A DNA stretch of 64,000 nucleotides from Tubulanus polymorphus. Its lineage: Eukaryota; Animalia; Nemertea. The position numbers were made by a program, and so were the translations under genes. The notes beneath the pieces were generated by a model that did not search any database, was not told the origin of the DNA, and saw only the letters and a program-made list of their open reading frames with translations. The stretch lies in the NCBI RefSeq assembly GCF_964204645.1, contig NC_134026.1, positions 1,015,950 to 1,079,949 on the forward strand. Reading direction: 5' to 3'. Below are positions 47,477-60,665 of the stretch, piece after piece; within the stretch, counting starts at the first letter, position 1, and the number at the start of each line of letters is the position of its first letter.

Positions 47477-48342
47477 GAATCTAGCGGAAGATTGAAATGT
47501 CGTGTAATATCTTAAATTCGCATATGTTCTTGAGAAAAAAGATTTTCGAAGACCGGCTCTTTCATTGTGTTTTCTTGTTGTCTGTCAACTGTACAATAAG
47601 CGGTCGATGAACTAATAACTTCGACCAATGCGATTTATAAAGTTCGACTGCTGTTTGAAATTAAAACTTGTTTCGCATAAGGGAAGTCGAATATCAGTCA
47701 CGACATTCACTGCGCCCTCGTGAACGTGTCCGGAATACACAGTTCCCTGTATTAGTTCACATCTGATGATGCTTGGTCTGAAAACGAATTTAGTTCGCAA
47801 TCCAACTGATTTAATGATTGACTTACGTACCCTACCACCTTCACAGACGAATAGCTATGCGCATTGATTTGAATTGAATTACTTGTCTTACGTTGCTGTC
47901 TTGCACGCGTATTTCAATGATGATATTATTGTTATTTGCATATATCAAACTGACAATCTAATAACGCTACGGTGCCGACATTCTCGAGTTGTAATTCACT
48001 CCTCTAGTAACTGAAACAGTTGTGTTTAATGATTCCTGATACATCGCACTTTAAAGGTTGCATCGAGGGTGAATACGGTTGAACTACGATGCAATCTGAC
48101 GTGAAATTGACTCCAATACTTCGTAACGAAATTATAAATTGTAACGTTTTCTGATCTTATCTAAGAGGCTGTATATGATATAGGCCTATAATAATGACTT
48201 CTTTGATGGTAAATAATGATACGATATGGTGACGACACAATTCGGCTCGGGTTATCACCATTTGTCGAATTTTTGATCTGTCCATAGACTATAAAACGAA
48301 TTGTAGATCTGTAGAATATTGTAGTGCTGTTGAATTGTAGAT

Positions 48343-48420
48343 CTGGACCCAGTTCCAGAGTTGTGAGTTAGAGTTAACTCAGAGTTAAATCTTAACTCGG
48401 AACTGTGGAACTGGACCCTG
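48343..48420. mobile_element. Short MITE-like element
   Basis: ctggacccagttccagagttgtgagtta ... taactcggaactgtggaactggaccctg; same family as the copies at 991 and 13152. Confidence 0.7.
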
Positions 48421-51400
48421 TTGAATTGTAAAATGAATGATCGAATAACTCCCCGCAAATCCGAGGAATTCGCTATAACAGTCCCCTTTACCTCAGATGA
48501 TCCCAAAGTCTGACCATTGATATCATATTTTCCGATGTATACGCAAAGCTTCAAATCTTTTTCTTATCTGTTTCTTTTGTGAATCCGTATATGTTTCGTA
48601 TGGAAGTGAATGAATCCAGGTTTTATTCGTGATTCAATCTCTCATGTCTGGCGCGCAGCTCGATTCACTGTATTCACTGGGGCTCCAAACAGCGATCGCC
48701 GCTGAACGAATTAACAAGATGAAAAAAAAACCCGTTTCTTAACGCCAGCAAACCATCTTAATCTAAAATTAGTGCAAATGCGTCATGTCTTCGCAGTTGT
48801 TAATCTGTTGCATTCGTTTGTATTTGTGAAAAATAGGTCAATTTTCGAAGTCGGATCGAAGCTCAATTCGGAGATAAGTCGAATGGTAACAATTAATCGT
48901 TCATTCACATTCGGGCGCTGACGTAAAAAACCACCAAAGCTATATACAGAGATATGTGTTCTTGTACTTATCTATGAATAGAAGAATCGTTGAAAAAAGT
49001 TTTATCGTGTGTAGGGTGTGAGTCGATGTGCACTACGTCATCGATATTGGTGTTTCAAGACAGCAATTACAGTTGGGAATATTGACACTTATTTAACAGT
49101 TAAATGAAATTTTGATCACAACTTTGGCATGATACCTCCAAGGGAATTCTTGGGATATTGTATGAGTGGATGTGGACTACGTCATCGATATTGTAGCTAG
49201 ACTGGTTGCCTATCAATTCAATTCAATTCAATTCAATCTAAATGATATTTTTCAAGGCTTTCAAGTTAGTTTTCGATTCTGTAAATGAAAGAAAGAAAGA
49301 ATGAAAGATCTACACAGCGAAATATCGAATATTCAGTAGCAGATAAATCGATTTATTATCATCGCAATTTTGCGTGTTAGATCAGTTGAAATATGACCAT
49401 TAATATAATTCAGTTATGGGTCGTATATAATTTGATATCGTTCATTAGATGACAATTTGATATTTCGTATGATACAGTCGATAATTGCGGGTACTGATTT
49501 CCGAATAGCGCGCGGGTTATAAACTATCAAATTTCTATATTCGTACGAGCTACCTGATTTGATTTCGCCTTTGATCTTTAGCTTCAGGTGTTTATGGTCA
49601 TGATCAATCCATGTCGATCCGGAATTCACGTTGCATACTGTATCTACGCACACATCTACTCGCTGTTCTGAATACTCAAGTTACGGACCTTCGTGACTGT
49701 TTACACTCTGAGGTGTGATTCCCGCGAGATCTGAGACCTTGTTTTCATCTTTATCCCTCGGAAGCTAACGCTGTGTTTTTTTCGATTCAGTGTCAACGAT
49801 GCCCCGTACGTATTTAGATACGGCCCTGTTTGATTAGGCCGGCATAGGTGACAAATAGAAAGAACATTTTTCCAGAATGTTGGCTTCAAATTAACGAACG
49901 TCGTGTTGGTAAATAGTCCATACAAGCGGTAACAAACCAGTTCCATATCTGATTCACATCTCGCCTGAGATTCTCGGGATGTGGATTTTTTGTTGGAGTT
50001 CACGAGATGATGATGATATACCCGTCGACTGTGGGCGCGATTGGGGCGATTGTTGGTGTAGATGAATAGATGAGTATATCCCCGTACGATCCATATCTTT
50101 ATTATTGTCATCCACATCATAAAAAATACATGCGTTTCAGTCTGGACACTTAATAATGTGATGACACACGTTTTATAGTGCGTGATTAAACGGCTATAAA
50201 GACAAACAGAGGGAGATATAAAATCAAATGGCTGAGGTCGGGAATATAAAGATCACGCGCTGGGAACTTGTTTACACAAAATGTCGGAGAGAAGAAATCA
50301 TCATATTTTTTTCTTTTATCTTCCGCTTCACTCTTTCACGCGTCACAAAATAATGGCTTCACGCGAGAACTAGAAATGATTTGAGCGAGAAGCGGCGACT
50401 GGGGGTTATACCTCAATTTACGTCATTTATACAGATACCGAGTAGAATTAGATTCATCTAGACATTGCACAAGAGGCCACACTGTTGTGGAAAAGATTTT
50501 TCATTTTCAAAGCCGTGAGATTTAGAAAGATTTCTCATTATTTAAACGCTGTCTGGACGCGGAATATAGCGTTTACTGCAACACGATTTGCGTTTTATGA
50601 TATATCGTAACACGAGATATTAAGCCGGACATTTTTCAGGCAGTTGTCAAACTCATCTTATATGAAAAATTTAGGCTAATTTACGCTATGAAATGACGTT
50701 AGTCATAATACACAATCTATGTAAATAGATTTTGATAAACGGTTATGTTTGTATCGTTTTGTGAACTTCAATTTAGTGAAAATTTGCAAAAGAAAGACGC
50801 ATCAAGCAGAAAGGACACTTTTGATGAAAATTGGGAACACGTTTGTTTGCGTACTCATCAGCGCTTATCAGAAACTTTACCCATCGTTTAATCTTAGTCG
50901 TCGTTTTCGCGGAAATAAAAATATAGTTGACTTTAACAACTTCCACCGGGATGCGCTGTTGTTCATCGCTGCAACAGAAATACGACATCAAACGGACCAT
51001 TTGTAAGGAGATTATTTAATACTCATTTTAAGCTAGCGACACTGGTTTCACGTCAACGTTCCACGAATGTCCGACGTAAAGATACTGATAAATCTTTGAT
51101 ATTTAAGGGATTTTGTTATGAAATAGAGGTCCACGCTACACAAAACATGTTTTAGAAAAAAACCTCAATGTTGAGACCAAAGTGATTAACGATTATCTTA
51201 TCAAAGTCCCCTTATATGACATTTATGAAAAGAATATGCTTTTGGGACGATACTTTCTGATATAATGAAAGATGAATAGAATAGTATCAGAAATTCAGAA
51301 ATACACTCTATTTTTTGATAGTTTATATAGTAAAATTCGTTTCAAGGTTGTCTGTTTATTTCAACAATAAGAATGGAACTAAATTTTCATCACAAGAGCT

Positions 51401-52740
51401 TTAAATTCGATTAACACTTGTTTCCGTATGCTCTCAAGTGTAAGTCTAGCAATGTGTGCATTTATAGAATGTATTATTCATCTGTAATACGTGATTGTAA
51501 AATATAGTATGATTGTCATTGAAGTCAAATGAAGTAATTGATATTTGATGCACGTAAAAACTGCCGCAGGTGTTTGATGTTTGGAGGATTCTCTGACACT
51601 CGTTATAGTATCTCCACTATTATCCTATAGTTGGAAATATCGATAAATAACATTTTTTTTTCATTCATAGTGTCGTATCGTAGAATGTGGAATATGATTT
51701 AAAACTGTAATATCGAATAGCAGAATCGCAGCCCGTCAAACAAGAGTCGTAGCTTTCTTTTCATTTTCTTGACTTCCGCTTGTCGACCATTGACGCGAGT
51801 CGAACCTGGTCACGGTCGGCGTGTTGCCCTTCCTTATTTCTTTGCGTTCTAATCAAACGTTGATTTAAATCGCTTTCGCTCTGTTTTTTCCACTTCGTTC
51901 TGCTCTAAGTGGCTTTTAATTAAATCAACAAATGCAATTGTAAATCGCACAAGCTGTAAATCTAAGCGGAATTTGCCGAGATTTCCAACAGTGGACCTAA
52001 CCCCAGCTATGAACATACCAACCTAAGGTGGCTTTAAGCTGAATAAATAGGGAGGAAATGTACACATGCAAGTACGGTAGTACTGTTTGGTCAGTTGCGA
52101 CGTGTTTTTGGATGAACGAACCGCCGGTGACGAACTGTATGTGTGCGCACGCTATGCGCCGTAAGAGATCACGCATGCTCGGCTCAAACACATGCGCAAA
52201 TATCAAGTCTATATGAACACTGTATCGAAGGAATAAATCCAAAATCGAATTCACCTGTGAGTTAAATACATAGATGTATGTAACTGCGTATTCTAGTGAT
52301 AAAATGATCTAGATTATACCCATTCTGTACGGCGTGGGATAGAGCCTGTTGCTGGTTCGTTCATTCGAGTACTTATTGTGATCGTCGAAAACGTTGTCGC
52401 CTTTTAAACGTAGATCCATAAAAATACTTTAAAACAAAAACATTAAAATTGAAAGCCATTTTGCGCTTGAATTGTTAAGATCAACGCAGTGAATGGCGAA
52501 TGAAAGATGCATGATCGTACAGAAACCCGAATACTTGTCCTAGTGATTCATGACTTCACGGAAACCTACGTGACAAAGAATACATGCATTTGTAACATGC
52601 AGCTTTGGTTTTTCGCGATGAAAGCCGCCGCAGCCGTTGGGTGAAATTTATCTAGCCCCTGAACTCGTGTCACTTTCACTTTCGACTAATGGATTAGAAA
52701 CGTTTTATTTTCCATGCAAGATTTTTGTCAGTTTTAACTG

Positions 52741-52926
<186 letters not shown>

Positions 52927-55900
52927 GCTTTATTGCGTTTCGACGTTCTACAGTCGACGTTCTTCGTTTGAATATATTCTTTCCGTGCGGAAATTTCCGG
53001 ACGTCTGCCACCAGGACGTCGTCGTCTGATCATTAGAAATCGATAAATCGATAATGGTTTTACCGGTAAACATGGCCGACAACACACGCTGAATAAAACC
53101 GACATAAAAATGTTTACAAAAACAGCTGTTTTTATGACTATTGAAGTGATTTTCGAGCGGAATCACCAAACTGTAGAAAATTAATGACGATTTTTACGTC
53201 GATCAATTTTTCCACATTCGGTAGGAATATTTTTCTGATCATTCATAATTGCATAAAAGCTTCATTTATTTATCTATTTTTGGTATAAAAGCTGTGACCA
53301 CGACATATAATCAATAGCTATAGCCTTCTTTATTTACACATATTTTCTCAACTTTTCTCTCTTACATAAAATGAAACACAGATTATATCTCCAAATCAAG
53401 CGATCGAACAGAACAATGAATATATAATGAATTCGGGGAATAGACGCCACCGGAAACCCGGTGTAATCATGCCGCGTTTGAAAACACTTTTCTGTAAGCT
53501 TTTAGTGTCCGATCACCACTTTGTATCTCGCGGTTATCAAGTCTACGGAATGAAATTTCGTCGGTTTTTCCGCTTTTTTTTCGTGCGGCATCGAAATTCG
53601 TAAAATGATATACTAAACATAATTTGAGATCGACTTGGTTTGAAATTTCCCAATTCACATAGAGAAAAATGTTGATTCCAATACTTGAATGCCCAGATTC
53701 GAATGATATAGTATATTGTACCAACACAGGTGCTCGTTTTGAAAAACTCTGTCAAATTATACAGCTGCGAATAAGAGACGAAACTGAATAATGAAAATCG
53801 ATGACTATATACCATAAGAAAAATCAATTGATTTTTATCAAAACCACGTGTTAAATATATGCAAATCGATACTCATTTATAAAATCTACATTGTTCCTTG
53901 TTAAACACGTTGTTCCGTAGATGTACATGTATAGGTATATAGACACTCAGGCCTTTAGTTCAGACCCATTATACCTTTAGATGACATTGATTATGGATTT
54001 CGTAGTTGTAAGCTTCTACGGACGCCATTCTTTGATGATATATATATTGACCACTCTTGATGTCGTGGCTTACTAATAATAACACTTATTTACAAGCGCT
54101 AAGTAAACACGAGCTCAAGACTGCGATACTCCTGGCTGATTTCAATTTCTCATCAAATCCTCCGACAACGACGAGTATATACCGTTCATGTATAGTGACA
54201 ATAACGATGACTCTCACGCCACCAGTATCCTTACAACAGTCTCGAGAATTTCTCACTCAGCAGAGACGAAAACGACAAATGAATTTTGACAATCCGGCAG
54301 AATCTCTCTGGGAGGAAACATATCAAATTAATGTGATCAGACTCGACGTCTCAATTATCATGTATTAACGAGTGTTTGACTTGTCGAAATTAATGAACAG
54401 AAATGAAATCTTTCAACAATTTGACAAATCCGACTCGTTCAATTTACAAACATCTATGAATAAAATAAATCGAATTTCTATTTATATCATTCGGTAGAAT
54501 GTTGATTATAACGGTTGCGACACTTGAACATAACTATCGTTTTTTGAAAATGTGAATTGAACATATGTTTTTCGTTTTTAACGTGTAATACATCATACAG
54601 AGATTAAAGTTCAAACAGATATGTGGATTCGGATTCAGTAAGTATAGGGTGTATACAGTGTAAAATAAGGGTAAATTCGAAAAGAAATCGGTTTCTTAAA
54701 TCTACTTCAAGTGCAGTGAACCCGGGCAGTACAACAATCTCTCCACAGAATGGAATTTATAGAATGTCGTTGAATTGAAATTAACGTCAACGTTTTTAAC
54801 GTTTGTCGGTTTTTCGATCGCAGGCGGATTTAAACCCGGCACACATTTCACGATTCCTCAGAGCCCGCCATGAATGAACGTAAGACAAAAGAGAATGAAC
54901 TTTACCACCAGTGATAAACTCCCGAAGGAATGACATAATTAGGAGTTTCGTTACACTCGCTTTGATTATTCGGTTCAAATCAAGCATTTCAAATTTAACG
55001 ACTGGTAAGGAAGCAGTGGGGCTGTAAAACGAAATGTCGGTTGCAGCGACGCGACAGTAATTCGGTTACCAGTCTGGGTAAGATTCATTTTAAAAGGATG
55101 TTCCTTTGAATCATTTCGATATCAAGGATTATAAAGATGAGAACGAGTTTCTCATTCGATAGAGACATCACTTTGCACAAAACCAAAAATCTTAAATGAA
55201 AACTGCGAGATTTAGGCTGATACAACTTAGGAAATTATGAAAATCTTCTTTTATTAACTTCCGAAGATATATCCATATCAGATTTTGTTCTGCACCTCGA
55301 AACACGGGATACAATGCTGGCAGAAATACAGTACACCCTGTAAAAAATCAGAACTCAGGAATATATGATGCATTACATTACGGTGTTCATTTTCCCAGCC
55401 AGTAGCTGCGGCATAACAACATCTGCACAGGCGAGTTAGAACTACAAACGTTGGCCGTAATACGATTTATTAGTCCAACAAATTACCTTTCCATATTTGC
55501 TTGGCGTTGATTGCTTTGTAAATTTCACCCAAGAGCCGACCAGTTGACGGCCGTGCGGGAGATTTCAAAAACCGATTCTGATTTGTATTCAAAATGTGAC
55601 AGCGGTTTTTGTCATGGATGTTCGTCAAAAATGACTGAAGTATAAGACTAGTTTTTAGACTTATACTTATCATACTCAGTATAAGTATGAGTAAGAACCC
55701 CACAATTTACCTGACCTATTTTAGATATATTTCTATATCTAAAAAAAACGATTAAGTCAATTTACAATTGAAGTATTTTAACGTTTTAAAGATATTGTGA
55801 TTTCAAGTGGTTCACGAATGAAGTCTTATGGTTACGCAAATATGATACTCGAACTAATGGAGATTATAGTTATATAATACGAGGTAGTAATTTCTAACAT

Positions 55901-58900
55901 GTGGATATATTAGATACGTGAGTCTATTACGAGAGCAAAGCATGTTTAGATAACCCATAATTATGCTACCTGAGAACGAATTTTTGTCGGTCACCGGTTT
56001 CAACTTCACATGGATAAAATGATTTCGTTTTTATCGGGCGATTACTTTGTAAATATAAATTATCATCCACACTGCAACGTTTTAATCAAAATTTCTGATC
56101 AGAACGGAAATAATCTACTGATATAGAGACCATTATGTGAGGAGCCCTTTACTGTACGCGTTGTCGTTATGGTATCAAATAACCAGCTAATTCTGCACAT
56201 AATCAAATTACATATGGTTTAGCTGAAAGGCTGTGCAGTGGTCTGGTTCTCAACGGCTGGCGACAAAAGAACAGTACAGCTTATTCATATCATTTCAGGT
56301 TCATCGATACTTAATGACACCGCCAGGGTATTCTTGTTTCTTTGCGTTCCTTAATGATATGTTCATTATCTTCCTTTATAGTTTTTGTAATGAAGCGCGA
56401 TTCAGCTTCGCGCGCACCGCCAGCTAAATTCAGTAGTAGTATCCGCATATTGGTTGTCACTATCAGGTGGTAGCAGAATCCAGGCTTAACGTATAAATGC
56501 ATGAACCGCAAAAAAAATATCGAGTCGGTCTATTTTATGCAAAAGTATATGTTAGAATCGTTGCACACTTCATCAAGATTTGACAAATTTACGGAACGAA
56601 AAGAGTTTTCAGGGCTTCGATTTCCAATACCGTTCGTTGAATGGTTGAAGTATTTATATTGCATGAGCAATTATTTATTTTAAATAATCTATTTACGTTT
56701 TGAAACGAAACCAATAATATTGTTTGGTATGAATTCATCTGTATATACATTACGTGTGGGATACATCAGAAATGCGCCGCCCGCCCGCACGCACGACCCT
56801 GAAACCCACGAGAAGGACGCGGCCTTCGTTCTCTTTCGCTCGAACTGTTTAACTAATGAATAATGAAACTGCTGGCTTTATTTCGAAACAGAATAAACTG
56901 CACCACCGCCGCCGCCGGCACCAACCTGTCAAAAAGTGCTCAGTTATCTTTTTACATCAAACGCCCGTCGTTGATTTAATATAACAACGAATCTCGTCGC
57001 TTGCCGAACACGAGAGATTCTCACATTGAAGCACGGATTATCTATCTATCTATCCGCACAAACAATTATCATATAACAAAATTATAGATTGAAGTTTCAT
57101 CGGCTTCGGACCGTTTTGCTTCTTATTTCGCGGCAGATGTTCCGCGGGTCTAAACTCTGATAACAACAGGGTGTATCTATTCGTGTATATTATACCGCTT
57201 TCAGAAAGCCAATCCACACGCTGTTCAAAATACTCCAATATTTTCATAAAGAATATCTAATTCGGCGATGATTTATCAGTGATCTATAAAAATTGATTGA
57301 TAATTGCTATTCTAAGATGCCTTACTCGGGTCGTTGTTCATTTACGTAGCATCAGTTATCCTATCGTAACACTTCCCCGAGCATATCAATAACAGTCGTA
57401 TATGTATCATAGGAAGGTTATTATCATATGAATTATCGTATAGAGAGTGATAATTAGTCCTGGAACGCGGACTATTACAGTCCCATCAAATCTTAGTCCA
57501 TCAACAACCCATCCTCATCAAAGTATTCAATCAGACTAGTTTTAGTTTTCTTTGATCTCTTTTATAACACGCAAAGCCAATGAGCAGATTTTACACGAAT
57601 TTTAGGCCGAACAAATCATCATTAATTTGATTATAATGGAATTTTAGCAAAATAGAATAAACCAACACGGTATCTCAACAGTTACTGTAGATAATAGATT
57701 TATGATAAATTGATGATTATCATTTCCGAGTAAATCGAGTAAAAGTTACTCGATTAAACTTTTACTTTAGATACATGGAATCAACATAGTTTTAATGCAA
57801 CTTCTTCAACATGAGTCTAAAAACTGATAGCATCCTGTACCGTGTATAGTCCTAAAACATCGATCAGCGTGTTTTACCTTTTCTATACACCTTCATGGTC
57901 GTCGCTCGAAAATCCAATTTGGAAAATTCGTTCCAACTTTTCAAAAATTTGATCCCGTAGGAATTAAGAATAGTTTTCGAAAGTGAAACTGTCTTCAGGG
58001 AAATGAGACGTGTATGCGTTGAACGAAATGAAAGCGTGGAAGCCACATTTCAGTGAAATTTAAAAATTCGTTGTTGAGATTGGCGATATCCGGTATCGGT
58101 TTCAATGTAGTTGAACTATGATATTCTGTATTGGCGCTGTAACAGGTTAGGTACACAGGTATGCATTGAAATATGTCTATGATAAAATACCTCAGAGAAA
58201 AGTAAGATAATATTTTCGTAGCGGTGAAAACCAGATTTTCAACGCGATTTCTATCGGCGGGACGTCTCGTGCGGTTATACTACCTGCCACTGGTAGCAAA
58301 TGAGGTCGGGTATGAAAGCCACCGGAAAGAATTGCTAAGACACTCCCAGTGGGAATTGATAATCATCGTCGTACCATCTTTTATTCCGGGTAAACACGTT
58401 TGGCTGGCATCGGTTTCAACCAAATGCGTTTCGAAGTATTTTTGATAATCGGTTTATGTTACGAATGATTCTTCGATGAGAAAAAGGCTATAGCGTTTAA
58501 CGATATGTTTTCGTGATTACGCCGTGAACAGATCTTTTTAAAATCTTGAAACCATCGATTTTTCGGCCATCGACACAAGAAAACGTGTCACTTAATACTC
58601 TTCAATTCCTAGTCGGAATTTAAACGTTGTACGTAGTTCTGTTGGAGATTAGACACGAGAGAGTAAAAGCAAGCTTTAATCGAGATGAAAACATTCTGAA
58701 ATGCCTTTTGAAGGATTTGCTTGATAGAGATCACGATGTTGCCGATAAGACTCTCCCAAAAAGACTTTTTTTTATAAGTTTTTTTTTATAACCAAACATA
58801 TATAAATGATTTTCATTTTATTTAACAAGAAATGATCATATAGAATATAATAATATATATATATATATATTTACAGGTGATGTCTGATTGCACTAAAAGG

Positions 58901-59462
58901 TTTTCGTAAAACTACGGGAAATATAGTCTGAAATTCGATATACTTCGGTCGCTTCTTGTTCTCTACGACATTAGTCAAACTAAATGAGAATTTAGATATT
59001 TATCTTTAAGGAGGAAAGTTATCTCAAGCCATTATGTTGTTGTATGGAGCGATGTCGTACTTGCAGAAGTCATTCGAGTAAGAACGTGGATAGGTATATA
59101 TATATATATATATAGGTATATTGAGCAATATAATGACCACAGGTCAATATCCCTTTGGTAAATTGCTTTCTGGACATATAAATGATCGATCGTGTAGTAC
59201 GATAATCACATAAACTAAACGAGCTCAAATGTATACTTGGTCGTATCTAATATTACCTCTTTTCTTTTCTTCCCGTTACCTTTTTATAAGCTGGCGACAG
59301 TTCTGTTATTTTCGCTGTTCTACACGAAGATACGAATGTACTATTTCGTTCGTTATTCGTTTGATAAAAGCCGCGAATCGAAATATCTGGTTTGACTTTA
59401 TCTATCGGAAATCACTCTATTGGACTAGCGGTTTTTCACACTAGTTTTTCTTCTTAATGATT

Positions 59463-60665
59463 CTATTTTGCGTTACCTGCGCGCAAACCACTGCCCTCGG
59501 TCGGGAGCGGTTTGGTTAGTAAAATATCCACCACATCCGCCGCGTCGGAATGTCTCCGCTGTTTGGAAGAGGAACTGGAACCATCAGCGTCATTAATCCC
59601 GGTTCTTTCATATTTTATCACAACGTTTTTGGACGGGTTCCTGTTAGTGCGGAACCGTGCACACGATAGTAATTTCCTGAACGCCATGTTGAAGTCTTTA
59701 TTGAGGTAAGCGTAGACACAAGGGTTAATGAAGCTATTCGCGTAACCCAACCATGTCAGAAACGATACGACAATTTTCGGCAGCCAGCATTCGGAACAGA
59801 ATGGGATAATGATATACATTAGGAAGAATGGAAGCCATGATATGATAAATATACCCATTATAGTACCGAGCGTTCGAATAGCTTTACTGTCTTTACTGAC
59901 ATTTTTCGATTTGCGGTTAAAATTCTCGTCATTATAGGAGAAATGATTACGCAATGACCGTTCCATTTTTTCGATCTCGAGCGCCTGTTTGCGAGCGATA
60001 CGAAATATCCGCCAATACGCAAACACCATCACTAATAACGGTATGTAAAAAGATGTCATTGACGAGATGACGGCATATACTTGGTTTACGTTCAACCCGC
60101 AGACGGGTGTGTCTTGGTAGATTGAATCCGGATCATCGGCAAACCAACCCAAATAGATCGGAATAAATGAAATCAAAGCACTACACAGCCATACTGACGT
60201 AATCATTATCGCTGTCCGGCATTTCGACGTTCGTTGCTTGTATTTATAAGGATCGGTGATCGCCCAATATCTGTCCAACGAAATCACGCATAAATGTAAG
60301 ATCGATGCCGTGCAGCACATGACATCGCACGATATCCAAAAGTAGCAAAATATCCATCCGAATTTCCAGATTCCCAACAGTTCGTAAACTATAGCGGATG
60401 GCATGACGAGAATAGCTACCGTAATATCAGCCGTGGCCAACGAAACTACAAAACAATTAGTTACCGATCTCAAACGACGAAAGTTAATTACCGATAAAAC
60501 TACTAACGCATTGCCAATCAACGTAACAACTATGATCATAAACAATAATATGCCTATAATATAACGGACGAAAATCGGAAAGCCTTCCTCCTGGGCGGAG
60601 GTATTGTTATCGCTAGTCGGACTAGGCGTTGATGGCACGCTAACGGGACTGTACACCACCGACAT
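59463..60665 (-). CDS. Intronless class A biogenic-amine GPCR; beta-adrenergic-like octopamine receptor or D1-like dopamine receptor group
   Basis: Seven hydrophobic helices: GN in TM1, SLATAD in TM2, CDVMCCTASILHLCVISLDRY (amine-binding Asp plus DRY), SFIPIYLGWF, ISSMTSFYIP (TM5 serines), SWLPFF, WLGYANSFINPCVY. The short third loop is typical of Gs-coupled amine receptors. Confidence 0.93.
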   Translation of the reverse strand: MSVVYSPVSVPSTPSPTSDNNTSAQEEGFPIFVRYIIGILLFMIIVVTLIGNALVVLSVINFRRLRSVTNCFVVSLATADITVAILVMPSAIVYELLGIWKFGWIFCYFWISCDVMCCTASILHLCVISLDRYWAITDPYKYKQRTSKCRTAIMITSVWLCSALISFIPIYLGWFADDPDSIYQDTPVCGLNVNQVYAVISSMTSFYIPLLVMVFAYWRIFRIARKQALEIEKMERSLRNHFSYNDENFNRKSKNVSKDSKAIRTLGTIMGIFIISWLPFFLMYIIIPFCSECWLPKIVVSFLTWLGYANSFINPCVYAYLNKDFNMAFRKLLSCARFRTNRNPSKNVVIKYERTGINDADGSSSSSKQRRHSDAADVVDILLTKPLPTEGSGLRAGNAK

